From assembly GCA_030704615.1 (NCBI GenBank), contig CM060732.1:30256001-30320000 (forward strand): a stretch of 64,000 bases of DNA. Direction: 5' to 3'. The notes under the pieces were generated by a model. The model saw only the letters and a program-made list of their open reading frames with translations. It did no database searches and had not been told where the DNA came from. The stretch is from Takakia lepidozioides. Lineage: Eukaryota; Plantae; Bryophyta. A program made the position numbers and the translations under genes. Each line of letters starts with the position of its first letter. Within the stretch, counting starts at the first letter, position 1. This document shows, in pieces, positions 33,499 through 44,215 of the stretch.

Positions 33499-33601
33499 GT
33501 GTAATGCCCTGAGTGGAGGGCATGCCCGGATTTTCTGGCCTTCCCTCTGGCGGGCCCGGTACCCTCAAATTCGGGAATGCCCTCCACTCAGGGCATTACA
33601 C
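33499..33601. repeat. Inverted repeat/hairpin (35-bp arms, 33/35 identical, 33-nt loop)
   Basis: GTGTAATGCCCTGAGTGGAGGGCATGCCCGGATTT (33499-33533) against the reverse complement of 33567-33601. Confidence 0.85.
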
Positions 33602-33849
33602 TATACATACCACCTTGGAAGTGGTTGTGGGTTCTATCCACCCTTGGTGTCACAAAGGTGTCCACCAGCAGATTCATGTCATTTGCGACCCTTAGGTGCT
33701 GATTTGCCCACGACTTCGACAGAACTACTCACTCCAGAAAATTCAGACGATAATAGAGATCTTGATGGTGCACATGAGCAGCCGAGAGCAGGTACAAACT
33801 CCCTATTGCTATTCGTAAGTCTGGAAGAACGATCACTCGGCCCATTCAA

Positions 33850-35740
33850 TTCGATGACTACGTAGCAATTACAAAAGCTTGTGAGCCATAAAAACATTCT
33901 GAGGCAATTGGAAATCCAAAATGGCAAGCTACGATGGATCAAGAAATGGCCTCAATGGAAAGAAACTCCACGTGGGATTTAGAGGATTTACCGCCACAAA
34001 AAACACCCAATCAGTGCGAAGTGGGTTTACAAAATCAAGGAAGGAGCTTACGGCAAAGGTGATACATTCAAGGCTCGTCTTGTGGCTCGAGGGTCTGAAC
34101 AAAGAGAAGGCATAGATTAAGATGAGACCTTTGCGCCCGTTGTCAAGTGGAAAACCTTACGAACACTCGTAGCCTTAGCAGCTCAACATGATTGGAAGAT
34201 GTACCAGCTAGATGTCAAGACGACATTTCTTAATGGGGATCTCAAAGAAGAAGTGTTCATGTTCATTGCCACGGGAAGGAGAATAAGGTGTGCAGGTTGA
34301 GAGCTTAAGCAAGCTCCACGGGTTTGGTATGAAAAAAATTGACAACTGCCTCCAAGAACAAGGTATGCATAGAAGCAATGCTGATTACAATATGTATTAT
34401 GTCAATGAAGGTGGGACCTTGTGCTATATGTTGACGAACTGTTGATCATAGGAAATGACACTTGCAAAATGAGTGGATCAAAGATAAATTAGAGCATAGA
34501 TTCGAGATGACAAACTTGGGGAAAATGACTCATTACTTGAGAATAAATTTTTTGTATCTCATGGAGGGCATCTTCATGTCACAGTGTGGATACATCACCA
34601 AAATGCTTGAACAATTTGGGCTTTCAGATTGCAACCCAAAACCGACTCGAGTGCTCGAAGGGACAAAACTTATCAGTGACATGGGCGATGAGCTTGCAGA
34701 TGCTACCATATATCGGCAAATGGTTGGTAAGCTCATATATCTTACCAACACGAGACCTAACATCTCCTACTATGTGGGTGTCGTTAGCCGCTTCATGAAT
34801 AACCAGCAAGCACATATGGATGCAGTTAAGCACATTTTCAGATACTTGAAGAGGACAACTGAACTTGAGGTTCACTTCAAGAAACAGGGAACCAACGAGA
34901 TCGTAGGATTCACTGACGCGGACCGGGTAGGTGACCAGGAAAATAGAAGATCCACTACGGGGTACGTATTTCAACTTGGAGGTAGTCCTGTAACTTGGTG
35001 CTCTAAACGTCAACCCACTATGGCTCTCAGCTCTACAGAGGCCGAGTTACCGAGTCCTAGCTGAAGGGACAAAGGAATCGATTTGGTTGCAGCACCTATC
35101 CAACGAGTTAGGTATCTTCGGAGAAGAACCCATACGAATCTGGTGTGATAATATGAGTAGCATAAAAATTGCAAAGAATCCAATTCTTCATGCACGCACA
35201 AACACATCGAGGTACGCTATCATTTTGGGTGAGAGCAAGTACAACAAGTGGATTCTTGCACATGTATGGACCGGGGATCAAATAGCACATATCCTGACTA
35301 AACCTTTGGGGAGAGTGAAATTTGAAGGACTTAGAGAGAAGCTAGGTGTTGTCTCTCTTAGCAAGCTGAGCACCTCAAGAGAGGAGGATGGGTGTGAGAG
35401 GAGGTGTTGGAAATAGTTAGATCAGGCGTTAGTTAATGCACCGCTCCTTAAATCTAGATAGTAGCTGGCCACCGTTTGAATGCACAAAGAGGTATCCCAA
35501 GTTTCAGAGGAGTGGTAACCAAAGGGAAGTTTCTCCAAATTTCCACACTGGTATGAGACAAATGTTTGTAAGTTGCCGTTACAAACACAAGCTGGCTGTA
35601 TCAAAGCCTACACCTTTAGAGCACTTGGCATTCATGCATTTATCAGATGAATGTCCCCTCTCTTACTTATTCCAAGGGCACTTCTCCTCGCACTCTTGCT
35701 ACGAATGATTGGTTTGATGACTACTAGTGTGTGTGTCATG
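33850..35740 (+). mobile_element. Ty1/copia retrotransposon 3' part (RT + RNase H, PPT, probable 3' LTR), degenerate
   Basis: [55 protein letters not shown]...RRSTTGY, WCSKRQ..ALSSTEAE. A purine tract GAGAGGAGG is followed by TGTTGG at 35405. The LTR end is uncertain. Confidence 0.92.
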
Positions 35741-37887
35741 GCAGACACCTTTGCATGCAGATAAAAAATTGAGGAAATCTAGTAGGAATCAACCCATTCA
35801 AGGGCAAGAAATCACTATACCAGGTACACTGGAAGACAGGTTTTTGTAGGTGAGCACTTTCAAGTCTGTCCGGGGGTTGATCTTCTCTTGATCATGAGTT
35901 TGTTTAAAGGCAAGAGTAGAATGTAAGTATTGTTCTTGGGATGCCAGTGAGACCCATGAAATCCAGCAGAAAAGGACACAATCAGACAGGTGCAGAAGCG
36001 GAACACGAAGTGTTATGCATATGTAAGGAGAGTAAACTAGATCCGGGCCGCGTTTGTCTAATCATTACCTTTAATCCTGACCAGGATCCATGTGGAATCG
36101 GCGAAAATTAATACCGACAATGTCAGAAAGTGAATTCCAGGAGAAATTTCGCTCAAGATGCATATATTATGCACCTTGAAATGATTATGGCTGCACTGGT
36201 TACAGATCAATGGGAAAGCTTCTTCTCACATTCACCAAACAATTCCATTCGAGATATACGAAAACGGACATGAAAATGAAAAGAGGAGCGGAATTTAACA
36301 CCTCCGTTTAATGTGAAGGGCCATCGCTCTAGCTTCTGTTATACGGCCCGACTGAGGCGCGGAGCAACAGACATACTGTCGAGGCCAGTTGCGGCCGCCA
36401 TGACGATGACCTTGAATGCTATCAATTGTGCTCCCTCTCCCTCTCTCGTGGACGTAAGAAACAATTCTTCTTCTTCTTGCCTCCAGACTGAAAGGCTTCA
36501 ATTTCAAACTTCCTCCACGATTATTTCCGACTGCTAAGCGTGTCTTATTTTCGAGATCATGTTTCCATTCCATTCCATTTCCAGAGTGTCCTTTCAAAGG
36601 TAACGGAAATGCAATCCGTCCTGAAGATTCAAACTCTGTTGTCTAAGATTTGCAACAGTGATGAAGAGCCTCTGAAGTGCTTCAATGATTCCCTTCAAAC
36701 TCATCTCCAATTTCAACAACCAGTTTCCCAAAGTTTATATTATCCTTCTGTTTCCACACAGATAGTCCTGCAATCACTAATAAACTTCTGCTCTGTCGGC
36801 CCAGAGAGAGAGGGGATTATGGCATATGGCGGGAACAAGACCTTGACAGTTGAGATCGGCTACCACTTATCTACCCACTTCTCCTGTCGTGAAATTCAGT
36901 CAAGTCAATGGAAGTGGGTGTCAGTTTCCCCCTGTCTGTTGCTTGTTTCCTTGTGTGTGAATGCTGGTGTATGTGTAGTGCTGAGAAGGGTATTGTGCAC
37001 ACGAATGCTTGCACCACATGGACTGTCAACACAGAGCTGAGTTTTGATTCTTGACAGATTTTCACGTGTACAATCCACTCAGCCCAACACAAACTTAAGC
37101 CTTCTACTTAGACGAGGTCGAAGTCGGCGTGGTAGAAAGAGTGGGAAGGAGACCATCCCAAGGAAGCAAATAATTCTAGGCGGAGGTCGTGGAACAGGAT
37201 CACCTGCACTCTCGCAATGAACGACAAACAGGAACAAAATCGTCTATGGAAAGCTACAAACAGCTTTGGGGATAAGAACTAATCACAAAGAAAGATTTTT
37301 CTAGACAAGCAGAGCTACATCGCTGCATGAAAACGTGAAGAGAAGTTGGAGGAAAGGAGCTTACAGCATACCACAGGGAGAAGGAAGAACAGGTGAAAGG
37401 AGACAATGGCGCTCAGGAGACACAGAACTGGGTGAAAGGAGAGAGAGAGACATGAAATGGAAATTGTCCTTTATAACGTCCGTCCTGTTTAGTGCACGGT
37501 CCTCAAGCTATGGGTATCTCCCGAAGAAGGCCAGAGTTTCAACGGAACTGGCTGTTCCAATAGTCTTGAACCTCTAGCTTCTTGGCAACCAAAATTTAAA
37601 CTGTAAACAAAAAGCTCTATGACTGTGCAGGGAAGAGCGGAATTGCTGCGCTTGAGCAATCCTGATGTTCTGGGGCCTCAACCTGTAGGTCAGAGTGCTG
37701 TGACTGGGCTAGAAATAAGCCTCGGGCTCACTGTGGATTGTCAGTTCTGCTTCTGGCGAACCCAACTTGGAAGTTGGCACTTGGCAGCCTGATAGAACGG
37801 AAGATTCCAGTTTAACCGGATTTTGCTTGAGAGGAGAGAAAGATCCAAGCGCCTAATTTCATACCTGCCCACCTTCCAGACTCCATC

Positions 37888-38410
37888 TTAGGGCTTTCCA
37901 TAGGAGTCACAAACAGCGCTCCAACGACGCTCGTACTTGTCCAGCATTTCATTGTACAGCTTGTGCATAGGATGGAAGCACAGAGCATAGAAAACATGGT
38001 TGAGATCGCGGTGCTGAATCAGCAAGAGCCTGCCGGCCTTGGAGGTTGCTAGTGCACAAACAGAATCAAACTTATGGTACAGTCTTCCAGGCTTCGTCTT
38101 ACACCGCGCCACCACCTTGTCGATTCCACTTACTAGCTTTCCATCACGCCGTAAGAGATTGTTATACTCAGCAATCTGTGGGGGCTGGAACAACTTGCAG
38201 CCCGTGAGGGATGTTCGGATATTCTCTGGTAGTCGCCTGATCTCAGGTGAGACATTGGCAGGGATGGGACGAAACTCTGACCTTCTTGAAGCTTGGATAA
38301 AAGGGCATCTCTTCCAACTTCTGACAGGAAGGGGTCTGTAGCCCTCTCCATGTATCATCTGTTGGACTGGCTCCTCCATTAGATCTTCCACTGTGCTCTC
38401 ACACCCCTCC
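37888..38410 (-). CDS. Hypothetical protein exon, unknown family
   Basis: 167-aa non-repetitive ORF with possible upstream exon remnants at 38480-38960. No motif recognised. Confidence 0.3.
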
Positions 38411-40021
38411 TACACCACAATCCCATGTACTCGCAATGAAATGAGGAGAGCAACAGACAAAAACTGTTTACTAAATCATACCTCGCTGTTATGTAGTTCA
38501 AACCTCCTTTAGCAAGCTCCTATGTTCTTGAAGTCTCAGATCATGAAGGATCCTTCTTTATGGACAGTACTAACTTGCTTAAGTACAAATGCAATCTCAT
38601 GTGGGTAACAAAGATTTTTTCCCACATTGCAACAAGAATGTTGCATGCCCATCTACCGGGACCAAAATCGAGGCCAAGATCAGCATTTCCGAGAGAAACG
38701 CTTGTTCAGACAAGGCGGCTACAGGTAAAGCATTCAACCCAGTTTGAGCTATTACCTCCACTTTTGAACATTTGAGACACGAATACAAGCAGGAGATCTT
38801 AAGACCAGCCAGGAAATACATCCCACTAAGGTAGAGTTGTTATGCTTGGACACTAGCATAGTTCTTTCTTTTGACTCCCGTGGCTCATACTTTGGTGCTC
38901 CTCTTCCTATTACCACCTTCAATGGACGAACCACTAATGTACGCTTATAAGCATCACTGAGAAGGCCTTCACTTGCTGCCAGCCAATTACAATGTCATCC
39001 AGGCAGAGCCCGCGCAATTCTGTCTCTACCTTACGGTAGAGATATAGGTTTTTCCACTCCACTGCAGTTTCTTTAGATGCATATCCAAGAGATCCTCTGC
39101 ACACAATCATGCAAGAGGGGGCATGTAATATTACTTTGGTTACTTAATACTTTACCTAGAAAGGGAAAGGGGGCATGATGCTTACAGACCTCCATACTGA
39201 ATCTTGAGGAATTTTAGTTGTGGGCGAGGTGGCCCTTCATAGGCTCCTCTGCAAGTGGAACAAGGACTTGTGTTCAGTGTCAAACAACAAAATCAAATTT
39301 CAAGTGTAAGTCACAGAATGATTGCATTTGTAATTGATTGTGGTGGGACATACAAAAAATTCCATCAAAAGGATGTAAGGAGGTATTATGGCTGTGATTA
39401 AGTTGACAGCACTCCAGGAAAAACGAACAGAGCGTGCAATTGATAGCTCTACTGGGCATTGATTTTTCTCATATGTGTACATCTATATGCATGGGACTGT
39501 GTTTGCCATAGCTTTGTGAACATCTACATTGGACATATCCATTTAGCTCAGATGCAGTGGAAAAACCTCGGCTTACCTACCAGGTCAACAAAGCAAGAAA
39601 GAAACTTCATAACATCCATGGGAAGCTCCACAAGGAAAAGAACGGCAAAAGGAAGGGATAATCCTGATGTACTCACTAGTCTGCCCCTGAGCCTTGTGAC
39701 CGAAGTCCACGAAGGAGATGAGAGATTTCATACAAGTATAACAAATAGAGACTGGGAGCACCAAAAGGTGGCGGAGAGATTTGGGGAATCTTCAAGTAGC
39801 CTCTCTAGATTTTGAGGGGCAATACACTGAGTTTGGTCAACTGCAGGTCGATCCACCAAGTAGTTTCATCCACAATAAACATTTCATCCATAAAGGCAGC
39901 CAGTGAGTCACCTGATTACCCATGGGGCACTCGCGCATCTCGCACTCTTGTTCCAGTAGGAGATCGATAGTAGTCCACACCCATCAATATGCTGGATGTT
40001 CCCCGGCCACTCCAAAGTGGA

Positions 40022-42532
40022 TCACCCTCTCAGTACCCAATCATCCTCAATCTGCACCCTATCAGCTATAATATCCTGTGGATGGCACTTGAGAAGGGAT
40101 TTTGCCACACGTTCTGCCACCTGAAGGTTGCCATAGATTCTGCAGGCACCAAGCAAGGCCCGCCACACCACAGCATCTGGTTCAATTGGCATTTTGCTGA
40201 TAAAGATCTCTGCTTCATCCAATTGCCCTGCACGGCTAAGAAGGTCCACCATACAGCCAAAATGCTCCATTGTAGGAGTGAGACCATGCTCTTGACTCAT
40301 GGAATCGAAGTAGTGATAGCCTTCATCCACTAGACCCACATGACTACATGCAGAGAGAAGACATATAAAGGTGATACTGTCCGGCTTCAACCCTTCCTGT
40401 TGCATTTTCTCAAATCCTCGAAGGGCTTCCATAGCACACCCATGCTGAGCATAACCTGCAATGATCACGTTCCATGTGACCACATTTCGTTGAGCCATGT
40501 TGTCAAACACTTGACATGCGTCCTTCATGCTCCCACATTTGGCATACATGTCAGCAAGGGTTGTCTCCAGAGTCAGATCTGGCACCAATCGAGCTTTGAT
40601 AATTTCAGCATGGACCTCTTTGCCCTTCTCCAGAGCTGCCAGGTTGGCACAAGCATTGAGAACCCACATGAATGTTACTTCGTCAGGCATCACCCCTTCC
40701 CTAATCATATGCTCATACATCTCAAAGGCCTCCCTACCACACCCGTGCTGAGCATATCCTGCAATGATGGTGTTCCATGAGATTACATTCCGCTGAGCCA
40801 TATTGTCAAACACATGATGAGCATCCGTCATGCTCCCACATTTGGCATACATGTCAGCAAGGGCAGTCTCCAGAATAATATTTGACCGAAATCCAGCTTT
40901 GACGATGTCAGCATGAACGTTTTTGCCCTTTCCCAGGGCTGCCAGACTGGCACACGCCTTGAGAATGCAGGTGAAAGTGATCTCGTCTGGTGTTAGCCCT
41001 TGTCGCATCATTTCCTCGTAGGTCACAACAGCCTTCCTACCACACCCATGCTGAGCATATCCAGCTATGATCGAATTCCATGAGACCACATTCCGCTCAG
41101 CCATATTGTCAAACACTTGATGTGCATCCTCATGGTTCCCACATTTGGCATACATGTCAACAAGGGCATTCTCCAAATTTATAGACGAGGGGAGACCAGT
41201 TTTGATGATGTCAGCATGAACCTCTCTGCCCTTTCCCAGGGTCGCCAGGCTGGCACACGCATTCAGAACGCAAGTGAATGTGATGTTGTCGGGTGTGACC
41301 CCTTCCCGTATCATTTGCTCATACATTGCCAGAACCTCAATGTCACACCCAAACTGAGCATATCCTGCGCTCATCACATTCCATGTGACGACATTCCGGG
41401 CAGCCATATTGTCAAACACTTGGCGTGCATCCTTCAAGCCCCCACATTTGGCATACATGTCCACAAGGGCAGTCTCGAGGATGATATCTGGCACAATTCC
41501 AGCTTTGATGATGTTAGCATGGACCTCTTTGCCCTTGTCCAGGACTGCCAAGCTGGCACATGCCTTGAGCACACAAATGAATGTGACCCTGTCAGGCATC
41601 ACCCCTTCCCGAATCATCTCTCCATACATTGCCAAAGCCTCTCTACCATGACCATGCTGAGCATGTCCTGCTATCATTGCATTCCATGAGGACACGTTTG
41701 GCTTCAAACCTTCCTGTTGCATTTGTTCAAATAATTCCAGGGCCTCCATTCCACATCCCTGCTGAGAATATCCTGAGATCATTGCATTCCATGAGACCAC
41801 ATTTCGTTTAGCCATGTTTTCAAACACTTGACGTGCATCCTTCATGCTCCCACATTTAGCATACATGTCAGCAAGGGCCGTCTCCAGAATGATGTCTGGC
41901 ACAATTCCGGCTTTGATGATGTCATTGTGGACCTCTCTGCCCTTCTCCAGGGCTGCCAGGCTGGCACATGCATTGAGAACACAGGTGAACGTGACCGTGT
42001 TGGGCATCACCCCTTCCCGTATCATTTGCTCATAGATCTCGTAGGCCTCCTTACCACAACCATGCTTGGCATATCCTGCCATCATTATATTCCATGTAAA
42101 CATATCTCGTTCAGGCATTTTAGAAAACACTTCGCATGCTTCGTACACACTTCCGCACTTGGCATACATGTTGATGAGTGTGTTAAGTAGAAAGATGTTT
42201 GGCTTGCATCGACTTTGGATAATATGGGCATGCACCTGCCTTCCCTCTGCCAGGCCTCTCATCTTTATGCACTCTTGTAAGAGACAGACGTAAGTATTGC
42301 AATTTGCTGAAATGCCTCCTTGGTTAGAAGTCTGCAGCGCCTCTTTCAGTTGTCCAGCCTTACGTAGTGTTCTCACATGTACACAAATGCCAGAGGATTT
42401 CTTGTTGACTGCCTCTGTTGGTCCTCTTTTAAAAGCAGTGGCCATGACGGAGGTGCCTGATTCAAACAAGTGTGCTCGATTCAAACCTGCCATCCTGCAT
42501 GACTCAAAAGGTTTATAGGTACAAAACAACAT
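40022..42532 (-). CDS. PLS-class PPR protein truncated within the E region (no E+/DYW)
   Basis: 836-aa uninterrupted ORF of P-L-S triplets, P2-L2-S2 and E1 (VVWRALLGACRIYGN...AERVA), then an abrupt non-homologous tail. Confidence 0.92.
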   Translation of the reverse strand: MLFCTYKPFESCRMAGLNRAHLFESGTSVMATAFKRGPTEAVNKKSSGICVHVRTLRKAGQLKEALQTSNQGGISANCNTYVCLLQECIKMRGLAEGRQVHAHIIQSRCKPNIFLLNTLINMYAKCGSVYEACEVFSKMPERDMFTWNIMMAGYAKHGCGKEAYEIYEQMIREGVMPNTVTFTCVLNACASLAALEKGREVHNDIIKAGIVPDIILETALADMYAKCGSMKDARQVFENMAKRNVVSWNAMISGYSQQGCGMEALELFEQMQQEGLKPNVSSWNAMIAGHAQHGHGREALAMYGEMIREGVMPDRVTFICVLKACASLAVLDKGKEVHANIIKAGIVPDIILETALVDMYAKCGGLKDARQVFDNMAARNVVTWNVMSAGYAQFGCDIEVLAMYEQMIREGVTPDNITFTCVLNACASLATLGKGREVHADIIKTGLPSSINLENALVDMYAKCGNHEDAHQVFDNMAERNVVSWNSIIAGYAQHGCGRKAVVTYEEMMRQGLTPDEITFTCILKACASLAALGKGKNVHADIVKAGFRSNIILETALADMYAKCGSMTDAHHVFDNMAQRNVISWNTIIAGYAQHGCGREAFEMYEHMIREGVMPDEVTFMWVLNACANLAALEKGKEVHAEIIKARLVPDLTLETTLADMYAKCGSMKDACQVFDNMAQRNVVTWNVIIAGYAQHGCAMEALRGFEKMQQEGLKPDSITFICLLSACSHVGLVDEGYHYFDSMSQEHGLTPTMEHFGCMVDLLSRAGQLDEAEIFISKMPIEPDAVVWRALLGACRIYGNLQVAERVAKSLLKCHPQDIIADRVQIEDDWVLRG

Positions 42533-43299
42533 TGATGATCAATCCCACGGACTAAATCTCAAAGCCCCTACATACTTCAACGAAAGACCTCTCCATGAGG
42601 AGGTTTCTTGCCACATATTCACAGGGTTTTTTGTGAGACAGACGGGCTAGACCTTTATGACACTGAGAGGAAGAAGGGCTTACAACGTATTGGCATGTTG
42701 GATGTCCGCTTCTAATGACTTGAAAGACTCCTTGTAGCATTTTCCCTGCCCCATCGCCAGAAGTATCATCCCGCCAAAATGTGTCTCCGTCCTCTCTGCG
42801 CTTTCAGTCTTGTCTCACAGTAGCAGCGTCGTTCGGAAGCATAGTTTCTTGTAGAGGTGCTCCTTCCTTTCGATGTCATCAGGATGTCTCGATCACACAA
42901 ACTCCTCTCCTCTAGACTCAGGCGGCATTCGACCTCAGAAGCGCAATTCTGTAGAAGTGCATTCGTTGAAGGAGAAGGCTATGTCCCTACCAGCAGGAAG
43001 AGTTTATCCAAGTGGGAGGGTTTTCTCCCGCAACCGCTAATGCCGCGGACAACGACGACACAATGACGCATCACAATTCTATCACAATTCTCAAACTCGT
43101 TGACCTAATCAGAAAAAAACTTCAGAAGAATCGCCAAGAGCGCCAACAGAAACCCTGAAACGAGACACACATACATGTAGAGTTCAGAGAAGATTGCAAA
43201 CCACGTAGTCTCACCTAGCGCAGCAATTGCAAAACGAAGAATCTTACAAGGTCCTCAAACGATCGCGCAATCAAAACTTGGGCTACATTCGTCGTCCTC

Positions 43300-44022
43300 G
43301 ATGATCACAATTCTACTACATGGACCCTGCGAAATTGTCCACTGCAGCCATTCTCATGAGCTTCTGGGGGTTTTAGGATTTCAGGGTTTTAGGGATTTTG
43401 GATGCTTAAGTTTTGTGCTGTGACCTTGGACTTGAGAGTTTGGGTTCCTGGTTTTCGCTTAAAAATTTCCTGACCCCTGTGGCTGCTTTCTGAAGCTTGC
43501 ATCTGTACACTTGCATTACTGTAACTCTTTTCACAAACTCTTTCCGTATAGGCATTGAAGGTAAGCAGGAACTACAGTGACCACAATGAACACAACGATG
43601 GCGCAGCTGAGCAGCTTGGGGAAGACGTCAAGCCGAAGAACATCCAGATTACGTTGGTGGTGCTTAATGGGACTTGGGAGCATGCACAGGAAATGGTGAA
43701 AGCCAGTTTGCCGTTTCTCTCCAACTTTGTCACACAAGTGTGCCTGCCGTTTGACGTTCGCTCGGAAGGCTACGGTGTGGGCGAATCTGACCTGATAATA
43801 AGGAAGGAGCCGTTTGGCGGGTGTGTGAGCACAATGGAAGCAGCGGCACGTGCTCTTGCAATTCTGGAATCTGACGGGCACATTGTTGAAAGCAAACTCA
43901 TGGACGTGTTACGCAAGATGGTGTCGCTGCAGGCATCCTACTTCAGCTCCCCAAAGATACGGCCAAAGCTGAAGAAGAAGTCAAAAGAATGTGTCCGAGG
44001 CAAAAAGGTGAATGCCTGCTAG
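43300..44022 (+). pseudogene. DTW-domain protein (DTWD2/TapT-like tRNA aminocarboxypropyltransferase), probably degenerate
   Basis: Exon 43552-44022: ITLVVLNGTWEHAQEMVKASLPFL, IRKEPFGGCVSTMEAAARAL. The 5' part (ITILLH.., KLSTAAIL at ~43300-43355) is frameshifted. Confidence 0.75.
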
Positions 44023-44215
44023 ATTACAGAGAGAAGCGGACAACAAGATGCTACACAAACTGTGCTGGAAATTGTCATCGTCTCTCTCCCAAGCACATTT
44101 TGAAAGTTTTGGGAGCAATTCAGCGTAGAGTTTGTGGTAGGTAGGGCTGGGGTGTTTGCAAGAACAAATCTATGCTGTCATTGTCAGCTGCTAGCAGCAA
44201 GGCAAGGATCTATAC

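Noticed and set aside
36313-37040. Transit-peptide-like ORF and following ORF
   Set aside because: Short, stop-interrupted, no identifiable domain.
37110-37400. Decayed minus-strand 3' fragment of a CRE-like element
   Set aside because: Only a short match (GTAGCTTTC.ATAGAC) to ~53080; insufficient without an alignment.
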